The position numbers were made by a program, and so were the translations under genes. The notes under the pieces were generated by a model. That model saw only the letters and a program-made list of their open reading frames with translations. It did not search any database and was not told where the DNA came from. Positions 9,201 through 16,932 of a DNA stretch of 32,724 nucleotides are shown here, piece by piece. Source of the DNA: Acidobacteriota bacterium (GTDB taxonomy: Bacteria; Acidobacteriota; Thermoanaerobaculia; UBA5066; Gp7-AA6). The stretch lies in contig JBKPMI010000004.1 of the NCBI GenBank assembly GCA_046732075.1, positions 1 through 32,724 of the forward strand. Reading direction: 5' to 3'. Positions within the stretch are counted from its first letter, which is position 1; each line of letters opens with the position of its first letter.

Positions 9201-11903
9201 GCCGCGATCGCGGGGGTCGACGAATTCCTCGACGGGCGCGCGGACTCCGTCGCGGGCATCACGGTCGTTTCGGATTCGGAGGTCGAGATCCGGCTGCACG
9301 ACGCGCTGCCGGTCTATCCCGCGTTCCTGACGGACGGCCGCACGTCGATCGCCGCGGCGACCCCGGGCGACGGCGGTAAAGAAGCCATCCGCGGAACCGG
9401 GCCCTTCGTCGTCACCTCGCACGCGGCGGACCGAGCGGTGCTCGACAAGAACCCGACCTACTGGAAGGACGCGCCGGCCCGCCTCGATCGGATCGAGTTC
9501 CGCGCGTCGCTGCCGGCCGCCGCCATCGCGGCCGGGCTCAAGTCCGGCGAGTACGACGTGGCGCGAGACCTTCTTCCCCAGGACCGCGAGGCGATCCTCC
9601 GCGATCCGCGCTTCCGGTCGGGTCTCGTCGAGACGCCCAAGAAAAACACCTATTTCGCGGTTTTCAGCCGCTCCGGCGCCGCCGCGGAGAACCCGACTCT
9701 TCGTCGCGCGCTCTCCGACGCAGCGCGCGCCCGCGACTTCGTCTGGGGGACGCTCGGACGGTTTGCCCTTCCGGCGACCGGGATCATCCCGCCCGGGATC
9801 CTCGGCCACGACCCGGGACGCCGGCTGCCGCACGCGTCCCGCGAGAAGGCCGCGGAGCTCGTGCGCTCCGCGGGCCTGCCGCTGCCGGTCCGCCTCCGCG
9901 CGTCGGTGCATCCCATCCTGCGGGACCAGTACGGCGCGCTCACGACGTCGCTCCTCTCGAGCTGGGCCGAGCTCGGCGTGGAGGTCACCGTCGGCACGAG
10001 GAACATGTCCGAGTACCTGGACTCCTGGAACGAGCCGGAGGGTTTCGACTTCTTCCTCGGCCGCTGGATCGCGGACTACGAAGATCCGGACAACTTCACG
10101 TTCACGCTCTTCCACTCGGGCAACGGCCGGCTGCGGCGCTACTTCTCGTCTCCGGAGTCGGACGCGATCCTGGAAGAGGCCCGTCGCGAGAGCCGTCCCG
10201 GCGCGAGAGAGAGCCTCTACCGCAAGTTCGAGAACTCCCTCCTCGACTCCGCGTTCCTGATCCCGCTCTTCCACGACGTGGACTACCGCATCGCCGCCCC
10301 GACCGTCCGCGGCATCGTTCTCCGGAGCACCGCCCCGTTCATCAACTACAACGAGGTGGGGAAAGCGGCGACGGCTTCGGCCACCCCGGCGCCGGCGCGC
10401 GCGGCCGGCGGCATCGTGCAGGTTCCCATCGCGGGCGTAGTACGGAGCCTCGACGTATCCCTGACCGAGACCGTCGAGCAGGGCGAGGTCCTGCCCAGCA
10501 TTTTCGAGGGACTCCTCCGCGAGACCGAGGGAGCGCAGGTCGTCCCGTGGCTGGCGTCGGAGGTCACCGTCGAAAACGACGGTCTCCGATATCGCTTCCG
10601 GCTTCGGCCAGGCATCCGCTTTCACGACGGCCGCCGGCTCACGGCGCGCGACGTGCGCTACACGTTCGAACGGCTCCTCTTGAACCGGGACAGCGGGCGG
10701 CGCTGGGCGCTCGCTCCGATCCGGGGGGCCAAGGCACTTCTCGACGGCGAGGCCGCCACTCTCGACGGATTCCACATCGTCTCGCCGACGGAGTTCACGA
10801 TCGAGCTCGAGAGACCCATCTCCTTTTTCCCGGTTCTGATCTCGGACCACGTTGCGTCGATCGTTCCGGAAGGGACGACGCACTTCGGCAGCAGCTGGCG
10901 GGACGGCGCCGTCGGGACGGGGCCGTTCCGCGTGGTCAACTTCGAGCCGAGCCGCCGCCTCGAGCTCGAGCGGAACCCCCACTACTGGCGAGAGGGCTAC
11001 CCCAGGAGCGAGGGCATCGTGTTCCGTTTCGGTGTTCAGCCCGAAGAGATGCGGTCCGAGTTCCTGGCCGGCCGTTTCTCGGTGGCTTCCGATCTCCTGC
11101 CGCGGGACGCGGAAGCTCTGCGGCAGGACCGCCGCTACGCCTCGGGCTACAAGGAGTCCCCCCGACTCTCGACGTACTTCGTGGCGTTTAACATTCACCG
11201 GCCGGCGTTCGCCGACCGCGAGGTCCGCCTGAGCTTCCGACGGGCCGTGGACGTCGCGGCTCTCGTCCGCCGGACGCTCGGCCGCCTCGCGATCCCCGCG
11301 AGCGGCCTCATCCCGCCAGGTCTGCTGGGGTACGCGCAGGCCGCGGAGCGGTCGACCGACAGCATTCCGCTGCGTCCGGCGGAGCAGAAGTCGTCGGACA
11401 AGACCATTTCCCGCGAGACGCTCGAGGTCACGGCCCTCATCCACCCGTCCTTCGAGGGGGAATACGTCGCGCTTTTCAAGGAGCTGAACGAGATCTTCCG
11501 CGAGATGGGCTTCCTGATTCGTCCCGTGAACAGGACGATGGCCGAGTACGTCGAGATCCGGAAGAACCACGACACGGACCTCGTCATCGGCCGCTGGGCT
11601 TCGGACTACCCGGACGCGGACACGTTCGTGTACGGCGTCATGCAGACCGAAGAGGGATTCATGGGTCGGTACTGCGGCCTGCGTGAGATCGATCAGCTAG
11701 CCGAGCGCGGGCGGGCGGAGATGGACCCGCGGATCCGGCACTCCATTTACCGCCAGGTCGAAGAGGTGATCGCGCGCGAAGCTCTCCTCGTGACGCTCTT
11801 CCACGAACAGGTCTACCGCTTCGTGCAGCCCGACGTCGAAGGGCTATCGCTCGGGTTTTCCCTCCCTACCGTCGCCTACGACAAGCTCTCGGTCCGGCGA
11901 TAG
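6231..11903 (+). CDS. Multidomain Ser/Thr protein kinase - STAND/AAA_16 NTPase - helical/TPR region - 2x family-5 solute-binding-protein (SBP_bac_5) domains; predicted cytoplasmic
   Basis: Uninterrupted 1,890-codon ORF. Kinase (aa 9-266, nt 6255-7028): GRGGMGVVY, VAVK (K39, nt 6345), HRDIKPEN (nt 6615-6638), DFG (nt 6687), GTVTYLSPE. NTPase: FIGREKEFAEL...GEPGIGKT Walker A (nt 7212-7235) and LVLVLENLH Walker-B-like. Helical region: aa ~500-880. SBP5 copy 1: aa ~890-1372 (nt 8898-10346). Ala/Pro/Thr linker: nt 10356-10409. SBP5 copy 2: aa 1394-1890 (nt 10410-11900). Both SBP5 copies carry GTGPF, NP.YW and GRW..DY.D.D.F motifs. I saw no hydrophobic segment of TM length. Confidence 0.9.
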   Translation: MLTTKLGNRYEVASELGRGGMGVVYRARDPLLNREVAVKVLATTELTTEIEERFQREAQIVAQMDHPGIVPIYDVGRHDGSLYFVMPLVEGTNLRRILWEGSLKLGEVLDIAIQVADALEYSHSRNVVHRDIKPENIMVLREPGSSPRIRVMDFGLAHTSTENRLTKTGTLVGTVTYLSPEQVTSHAFDGRSDIYSVGTVLYECLTGEAPFTGEVQSVLYRIVHEIPQPPRALGAEIREELQDIIQQCLEKDPARRPQKAGQLAEALRRHRSTLHSDEFAASVIGTASRTLQRPSASAFIGREKEFAELQRRLNSAVSGDCQFAVVAGEPGIGKTRLLEELKKLVLMRKIRVLYGRFVEQDQAFSYQGFCELIQDYFRSRDPGSSAAERPDFSDLAPDLLSLFPLLTEIPELRAAASGDSRISSPATERKAEDRIQIFELLARTLTRMAAGKPLVLVLENLHAAEVSIEGLQYVVRRLGPTPTLFVGSYRQTEVDKRHPLARMLDSFADDPRFVSITLGPLSPTEHRALVESVVGAPNLSGELAKRVYEATEGNPFFTKELLRSLIDSGGIARDNTGEWSFSQGTGISSDALPATIQQAVEKRIERLPEDLRDLLSIASVLGRSFEFRDLEVLAEGQKVEDSIDRLVREGVFEEERESRGDRLAFSSGIVRDVLYGALSRRKRRSLHRKYAELLEQRYAGRLERIYPELLHHFSQADVPEKTVEYGLKLARRSLDAFSGDDATRAAKTALEYLEDEEWSGDRSLEGDARLLLAEAQRIAGNPDGALREAEGAVRLFEKERQPAKAVAGILFAAETAWQARRTEETRRWAERGVEVARAAEDTEPLPKLLSLAATVANLRGEYAKAAAYMAEIERLTPREKTAEEVVPSGGNLVVALSNPIASIEPGDYETTEEHEVVANVFETLVTTDPQGGLIPLLAESWSLEDGGRTFRLRLRKQAAFSDGVPLTAPSVKRSFERSIRLSRQATPAAFAAIAGVDEFLDGRADSVAGITVVSDSEVEIRLHDALPVYPAFLTDGRTSIAAATPGDGGKEAIRGTGPFVVTSHAADRAVLDKNPTYWKDAPARLDRIEFRASLPAAAIAAGLKSGEYDVARDLLPQDREAILRDPRFRSGLVETPKKNTYFAVFSRSGAAAENPTLRRALSDAARARDFVWGTLGRFALPATGIIPPGILGHDPGRRLPHASREKAAELVRSAGLPLPVRLRASVHPILRDQYGALTTSLLSSWAELGVEVTVGTRNMSEYLDSWNEPEGFDFFLGRWIADYEDPDNFTFTLFHSGNGRLRRYFSSPESDAILEEARRESRPGARESLYRKFENSLLDSAFLIPLFHDVDYRIAAPTVRGIVLRSTAPFINYNEVGKAATASATPAPARAAGGIVQVPIAGVVRSLDVSLTETVEQGEVLPSIFEGLLRETEGAQVVPWLASEVTVENDGLRYRFRLRPGIRFHDGRRLTARDVRYTFERLLLNRDSGRRWALAPIRGAKALLDGEAATLDGFHIVSPTEFTIELERPISFFPVLISDHVASIVPEGTTHFGSSWRDGAVGTGPFRVVNFEPSRRLELERNPHYWREGYPRSEGIVFRFGVQPEEMRSEFLAGRFSVASDLLPRDAEALRQDRRYASGYKESPRLSTYFVAFNIHRPAFADREVRLSFRRAVDVAALVRRTLGRLAIPASGLIPPGLLGYAQAAERSTDSIPLRPAEQKSSDKTISRETLEVTALIHPSFEGEYVALFKELNEIFREMGFLIRPVNRTMAEYVEIRKNHDTDLVIGRWASDYPDADTFVYGVMQTEEGFMGRYCGLREIDQLAERGRAEMDPRIRHSIYRQVEEVIAREALLVTLFHEQVYRFVQPDVEGLSLGFSLPTVAYDKLSVRR

Positions 11904-11920
11904 GCACCGGCGCCCCGGTT

Positions 11921-12829
11921 TCACTTCCGTTCGAAAAGTTCGCCCTGCAAGGCCAGCTGACCGGAGCGACCCGGCACTTCTCCCTGGACGACGTCGTGCT
12001 CCGGCAGGCCGCCGGTCGGCAGCGAGCGCCAGAGGTCTTCGATGGAAACGAGGTCGTAGCCCTGCCGTTGCCAGCCCGACAGAAGTCGCTCGAAAGTCGG
12101 CAGCCACATCATCCCTTCGAGCTCGGCGTGCAGAGTGTAGACGTGGTGCCCGGAAAGAGACGCGGTCCGCGAGAGAACTTCTTGGTGCACATTGGTCGGC
12201 GCGAGATTGTCGCGCCCGACCAGCTCGTCCAGGGTCGGTAACGAGGTCGGCAGCTGCGGCACCCGACCCACCTGCCCGCCGATCACGGGCAGAAACGGGC
12301 AGCTTCCGCGCACGTCCGAAGCGTGGGTGAACCCGAACTCCTCCTCCAGCCTGTAGGCGTGGACATTCATCTGCCAGCCGGCGGCACCGTGGGTCCTCGG
12401 CGGCACCCCGAAGATCTCGGTGAACCGCCGGATCGCCTTGCTCAGTTCAGCGCGCGTCCACGCCTGGTCCCGGGCGGAGACATTGTCCTGCCACCGGACG
12501 TGGTCGTAACTATGGATCCCGACCTCGAACCCGGCATCGCGGACGCTCCGCAGGGTGTCTGCGCACGAACGGCCGATGTCCGGCCCCGGCAGGAGCGTGC
12601 CGTATAGAAGAGTGCGAATGCCGTAGTGCTCGACCGCCGACGTGCGGGTAACTTTGCTCACGAAACCCGGCCGGAACAGGCGGCGGATGGCGCGACCGGT
12701 GTGATCCGCTCCCAACGAAAAGAGAAACGTCGCGCCCGCGGCGTGACCCTTCAGAACGTCACGAAGACGGGGCACACCTTCGCGCGTGCCGCGGTAGGTA
12801 TCGACGTCAACCTTCAGCGCGAGCTTCAC
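11921..12829 (-). CDS. arnD: 4-deoxy-4-formamido-L-arabinose-phosphoundecaprenol deformylase (polysaccharide deacetylase family)
   Basis: 302 aa. [26 protein letters not shown]...[14 protein letters not shown]...[10 protein letters not shown] is colinear with my recollection of E. coli ArnD ([21 protein letters not shown]...VGLHAWDHHAWQ...VYTIHAEVEG). It is the last gene of the arn operon. Confidence 0.85.
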   Translation of the reverse strand: [302 protein letters not shown]

Positions 12830-12842
12830 GCCCGGGCGCTAC

Positions 12843-13889
12843 TCAACCGGCGACGAGCTCGCGGGCCTCGGCGACGCGTGTGCGGTAGGCGTCGAAGATG
12901 CACCGCAGCGCGTCCTCCATGTTCACGTGCGGATTCCAATCGAGATCCCGCATCGTGTTGTCGATCTTCGGCACGCGGTTCTGGACGTCCTGGTAACCGG
13001 CGCCGTAGTACTCGCGCGAGGTCATCTCCACGAGTTCGACCGAGGCCGCGTTTTCGCTGTACTCGGGATACCTGGCGGCGAGCTTCAGCATCATCCCGGC
13101 CACCTGGCGGACCGAGACGTTGTTGGCCGGATTCCCGATGTTGTAGATCTGCCCCCTCGTTCTGTTGTCCCTGTTTTCGACGATCCTCATGAGAGCGTCG
13201 ATGCCGTCGGAGATGTAGGTGAAAGTGCGCTTCTGGTGACCCCCGTCCACCAGCGTGATCGGCTCCCCGCGCACGATGTGACCCAGGAACTGCGTGATCA
13301 CGCGCGAGCTGCCTTCCTTCGCGGTCGAGATGTTGTCGAGGCCCGCACCGATCCAGTTGAAAGGCCGGAACAGCGTGTAGTCGAGATCCTCCATCTGGCC
13401 ATAGGCGTGGATGACACGATCCATGAGCTGCTTGGAGCAGGCGTAGATCCAGCGCGGTTTGTTGATCGGCCCGTAGATCATCTCGGAGGCGTACGGATCG
13501 AACTCGGCCTCCCGGCACATGCCATAGACCTCGGAGCTCGACGGAAACAACAGGCGTTTCTTGTGCTTCACGCAGGCGCGCACGATCGGAAGATTGGCCT
13601 CGAAGTCGAGCTCGAAGACGCGCAAGGGCTGCTGAACGTAGCTGACGGGCGTGGCGATGGCCACCAACGGCATCACCACGTCGCACTTACGGATGTGGTA
13701 CTCCATCCATTCCTTGTTGATGGTGATGTCGCCTTCGAAGAAGTGGAACCGGGGGCTACCGAGCAGGTCGGCCACGCGGTCGGAAGCGACGTCCATCCCG
13801 AAGACGTGCCAGTCGGTCGTGTCCATGATGCGCTTGGACAGGTGATTGCCAATGAAACCGTTGACCCCGAGGATCAGTACCTTTTTCAT
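12843..13889 (-). CDS. arnA: UDP-glucuronic acid oxidative decarboxylase (stand-alone ArnA C-terminal dehydrogenase domain)
   Basis: 348 aa. KKVLILGVNGFIGNHL...HFFEGDITINKEWMEYHIRKCDVVMPLVAIATP...PLRVFELDFEANL...FPSSSEVYGMC closely matches the remembered E. coli ArnA residues ~315-660. The ATG forms an ATGA overlap with the upstream formyltransferase stop. Confidence 0.9.
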   Translation of the reverse strand: MKKVLILGVNGFIGNHLSKRIMDTTDWHVFGMDVASDRVADLLGSPRFHFFEGDITINKEWMEYHIRKCDVVMPLVAIATPVSYVQQPLRVFELDFEANLPIVRACVKHKKRLLFPSSSEVYGMCREAEFDPYASEMIYGPINKPRWIYACSKQLMDRVIHAYGQMEDLDYTLFRPFNWIGAGLDNISTAKEGSSRVITQFLGHIVRGEPITLVDGGHQKRTFTYISDGIDALMRIVENRDNRTRGQIYNIGNPANNVSVRQVAGMMLKLAARYPEYSENAASVELVEMTSREYYGAGYQDVQNRVPKIDNTMRDLDWNPHVNMEDALRCIFDAYRTRVAEARELVAG

Positions 13890-14812
13890 GGAAGCCCTTC
13901 CACGAGCGCCAGAAGACCACCGTGCTCGGCGCTCAGAGTTTTCGCGTCGAGAGCTCTGCCGTTCAGTTCCGCGTCGAGGACCCTCAGAAGACCGCCATCA
14001 CCGCAGCGCGCGACCAGGCCGTCGTCCGCGACCATGAGCGCCGGCGTGCCGGGCTCGCTCATGTTCCGCATGCGAGTGCGCCAGACCACCAGCATCCCCG
14101 CCGAGGTATTGCAAAACGCGCCGGGATACGGCCGTGTCACCGCACGGACCAGGTTGTGGATCTCCCGGGCGGATCGCTTCCAGGCGATGGCCCCGTCTGC
14201 AGGTCTGCGGCCCCCGAAATAGGAACCCTTCGAGAGGTCCTGCGGGCGGAGCTTCGCTGTGCCGGCCACGAGCGCCGGTAGACTGCGGTGAAGCGTCAGC
14301 TCCGCCGCCACGGTGACCTTCTCGAACACTTCTCGCGCGGTGTCGTCGGGAAGGATCGGAACCGCGATCTGGTCGACGATGTCGCCGGCGTCCGGCTTTT
14401 CGGTCATCGCGTGAAGCGTCGCGCCGGTCTCGGCCTCGCCGTTGATGATTGCCCAGTTGATCGGGACCCGGCCGCGATACTTCGGCAGCAGAGAGCCGTG
14501 CATGTTGTAGGCGCCGCGGCGCGCCGACTTCAGGAGCGGCGTTCTCAACATCTGCCGGTAATAGAACGAGAACAGAAAGTCGGGCTCGCAGGCGCGCACG
14601 AGCGCGAGCACCTCCTCCGAGTTCGGGTCTGCCGGGGTCACCGTCGGCACGCCGAACTCGAGCGCGCGATTTCGAACACTTTCGAACCACACGTTCTCGC
14701 CGGGGCTGTCCTCGTGGGTCAGCACCAGCTTCACGTCGACATCCTGCGCCAGCAGAACGGAGAGGCAGCGCACGCCGACGTTGTGGTACGCGAAGACCAC
14801 GGCGCTCGTCAC
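13886..14812 (-). CDS. arnA: UDP-4-amino-4-deoxy-L-arabinose formyltransferase (stand-alone ArnA N-terminal domain)
   Basis: The GTG start at 14812 forms a GTGA overlap with the arnC stop. 308 aa with formyltransferase motifs (AVVFAYHNVG, PDFLFSFYYRQML, YNMHGSLLPKYRGRVPINWAIINGE, TLHAMTEKPDAGDI). The upstream part of the 492-aa ORF overlaps arnC out of frame. Confidence 0.85.
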   Translation of the reverse strand: MTSAVVFAYHNVGVRCLSVLLAQDVDVKLVLTHEDSPGENVWFESVRNRALEFGVPTVTPADPNSEEVLALVRACEPDFLFSFYYRQMLRTPLLKSARRGAYNMHGSLLPKYRGRVPINWAIINGEAETGATLHAMTEKPDAGDIVDQIAVPILPDDTAREVFEKVTVAAELTLHRSLPALVAGTAKLRPQDLSKGSYFGGRRPADGAIAWKRSAREIHNLVRAVTRPYPGAFCNTSAGMLVVWRTRMRNMSEPGTPALMVADDGLVARCGDGGLLRVLDAELNGRALDAKTLSAEHGGLLALVEGLP

Positions 14813-15756
14813 TCCGGGCCGTCCTTCGTCTCCAGGATCGCGGCGATCACGTAACGCGGGCGCTGACGGACTTCCTGGTAGATACGGCCGATGTACTCGC
14901 CGAGCAAGCCGATGCCGAACAGGGCCACGCCGATGAAGAAGAAGGCCACACCGAACAACGTGAACAGTCCGCCCTCTTCCGGACCGACGATCAGGCGCCG
15001 GGCGGCGAGGATCACGACCAGCAGGGCGGACGCCAGCGACACCACCATCCCCAGCATCGAGAACAGTTGCAGAGGCACAACGGAGAATCCGGTCATCAGG
15101 TCGAAGTTCAGACGGATCAACCCATAGGGCGAATACTTGGATTTGCCGGCAGCGCGCTCTTCGTGCCTCACGACAACTTCGGTCGGACGCTGAGCAAAGG
15201 AATACGCCAGCGCTGGAATGAACGTGTTCATTTCGTGGCACTGGTTGACGGTATTCACCACGCGGCGACTGTAAGCACGCAACATGCTGCCCTGATCGGT
15301 CATCCGGATGCGGGTAAGGCGTTCGCGAAGCCAGTTGGTCGCGCGCGAGGCGGCGCGCCGCCACAACCTGTCGCCTCGCTTCTCGCGAATGGAGCCGACG
15401 TAGTCGTAGCCCTCGTCCATCTTGGCGAGCAGTTTGCCCGCTTCTTCCGGCGGGTTCTGCAGATCCGCGTCCAGCGTCACCACGCGCTGACCGCGCACAT
15501 GAGCGAATCCGGCCAGGATTGCCCGGTGCTGACCGAAGTTGCCGCTGAGAACGATCACGCGCGTCGCGTCGGGCCGTTTCGCATGCTGGTCGGCGAGCAT
15601 CGCCGCGGAGCGGTCGCCCGAGCCGTCGTCGACGAAGACGACTTCGTAGGGTGTCTTCAGGGCATCGAGCGCGGGGTACAGACGAGCAAACAGCGTCGGG
15701 AGCGAGGCTTCCTCGTTGTAGACCGGAATGACGACGGAGACGTCGGGCTTCGTCAT
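14809..15756 (-). CDS. arnC: Undecaprenyl-phosphate 4-deoxy-4-formamido-L-arabinose transferase (GT2)
   Basis: ATG at 15756 forms an ATGA overlap with the arnB stop. 315 aa. VSVVIPVYNEE...EVVFVDDGSGD...LDADLQNPPEE is followed by two C-terminal TM helices and EYIGRIY, as in ArnC/PmrF. Confidence 0.9.
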   Translation of the reverse strand: MTKPDVSVVIPVYNEEASLPTLFARLYPALDALKTPYEVVFVDDGSGDRSAAMLADQHAKRPDATRVIVLSGNFGQHRAILAGFAHVRGQRVVTLDADLQNPPEEAGKLLAKMDEGYDYVGSIREKRGDRLWRRAASRATNWLRERLTRIRMTDQGSMLRAYSRRVVNTVNQCHEMNTFIPALAYSFAQRPTEVVVRHEERAAGKSKYSPYGLIRLNFDLMTGFSVVPLQLFSMLGMVVSLASALLVVILAARRLIVGPEEGGLFTLFGVAFFFIGVALFGIGLLGEYIGRIYQEVRQRPRYVIAAILETKDGPE

Positions 15757-16880
15757 GGAGCGAGCACGGGTGCGAGAACCTTCGAAGACACGGCGCAGAC
15801 GCGCTCGACGTCCGCGGTCGTCATCGCGGGGAACAGCGGTAGCGTCACGGTCGACCGACCGATCTCTTCTGCCACCGGATACTGGCCCTTCCGAAGACCG
15901 AGCGAGCGGTAGAGCGCGAACAGGTGCATGGCCGGGTAGTGCACCCCGACTCCGACCCCCTCTGCTTTCATGCGCTCGATGAATTCGCCACGCGTGATCT
16001 TCATGCGGTCCAGCGGAAGCAGAGGCTGGAACATGTGCCAGTTCGTCTGTTCGAAGTCCGCCGGGGGAAGCTCGCATCCGAGATCGCGGTTCCAATGCTC
16101 GAAGTAATGCTTCGCCAGAGCGCGGCGCCTGGCGTTGAATCCGCCCAGCTTCGGCAGCTGATGCAGTCCGATCACGGCAGCGATGTCGGTCAGATTGAAC
16201 TTCCCTCCCCGCACGTCGACGTCCATGCCGCCGTCGGGGAAGCGGGTGATCCCCTGCAGGCGCAGCTTCTCGAGCAGCCGAGCCTCTTCCCCGGTGTTCA
16301 TGACGAGACAGCCGCCTTCGGCAGTGGTGAGGTTCTTGTTGGCCTGAAAGCTGATTGCCACGAGATCACCGAAGCTCCCGATCTCGCGACCCTTCCAGCT
16401 CGCTCCCATGGACTGCGCCGCGTCCTCGATCACGCGCAAGGCGTGCCTGCCGGCGAAGTCGTAGAGCCGATCTCGGTCCACGGGCAGTCCGGCGAGGTCC
16501 ACCGGAATGACAGCGCGGGTTCTCTTTGTAACCGCGGACTCGACCCGGTCGAGGTCGATGTTGCGCGTGGCGCGGTCGGCGTCCACGAAGACCGGTGTGG
16601 CGCCCACCTCGAGAATCGCGTTGGCGGTTCCGACCCAGGACATCGGTGTCGTGATGACTTCGTCGCCCGGCCCGACTCCGCACAGGCGCAGCGCCAGCTC
16701 CAGCGCCGCGGTGGCGGAGTTGAGCACCCGCACGGGCCGGCCGCCGTAGCGCTCCGACAACGCCGCTTCGAATTCCTTGACCCTGGGCCCGCTGGTGATC
16801 CAGCCCGAGCGAAGAACTTCGCCGACCGCCTGGATGGTGCCCTCGTCGATCGAGGGCCGGGTGAAGGGGAGAAAATCCAT
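15753..16880 (-). CDS. arnB: UDP-4-amino-4-deoxy-L-arabinose--oxoglutarate aminotransferase (DegT/DnrJ/EryC1 family)
   Basis: 375 aa. FLPFTRPSIDE...SGWITSGPRV...DEVITTPMSWVGTAN...IEDAAQSMGA...SFQANKNLTTAEGG is colinear with remembered E. coli ArnB, including the PLP-Lys context (ANKN). Confidence 0.9.
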   Translation of the reverse strand: MDFLPFTRPSIDEGTIQAVGEVLRSGWITSGPRVKEFEAALSERYGGRPVRVLNSATAALELALRLCGVGPGDEVITTPMSWVGTANAILEVGATPVFVDADRATRNIDLDRVESAVTKRTRAVIPVDLAGLPVDRDRLYDFAGRHALRVIEDAAQSMGASWKGREIGSFGDLVAISFQANKNLTTAEGGCLVMNTGEEARLLEKLRLQGITRFPDGGMDVDVRGGKFNLTDIAAVIGLHQLPKLGGFNARRRALAKHYFEHWNRDLGCELPPADFEQTNWHMFQPLLPLDRMKITRGEFIERMKAEGVGVGVHYPAMHLFALYRSLGLRKGQYPVAEEIGRSTVTLPLFPAMTTADVERVCAVSSKVLAPVLAP

Positions 16881-16932
16881 GTCAATCAGCGACGTCGAGA
16901 TATCCGCTCGGGCCCTCCGATATCGGTCGCGT

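Noticed and set aside
5748-11570. Very long ORFs antisense to the kinase gene: 5748..7724 (658 aa) and 8265..11570 (1,101 aa), both on the minus strand.
   Set aside because: These are typical high-GC shadow ORFs. Their translations are Arg/Gly/Asp/Pro/Glu-rich and of low complexity, with no recognisable motifs. The plus strand encodes coherent kinase, NTPase and SBP5 motifs throughout.
11904-11920. The 17-bp gap between the convergent kinase and arnD stops contains ACCGG-cgcc-CCGGT.
   Set aside because: A 5-bp stem with only TT following is too weak to call a bidirectional terminator. It is noted only because the convergent genes are unusually close.
14813-16095. Upstream extensions of the arnA-FT ORF (to 15364) and the arnC ORF (to 16095).
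   Set aside because: The extensions overlap the preceding arn genes out of frame. Homology to ArnA and ArnC begins at the GTG 14812 and ATG 15756 coupling junctions.
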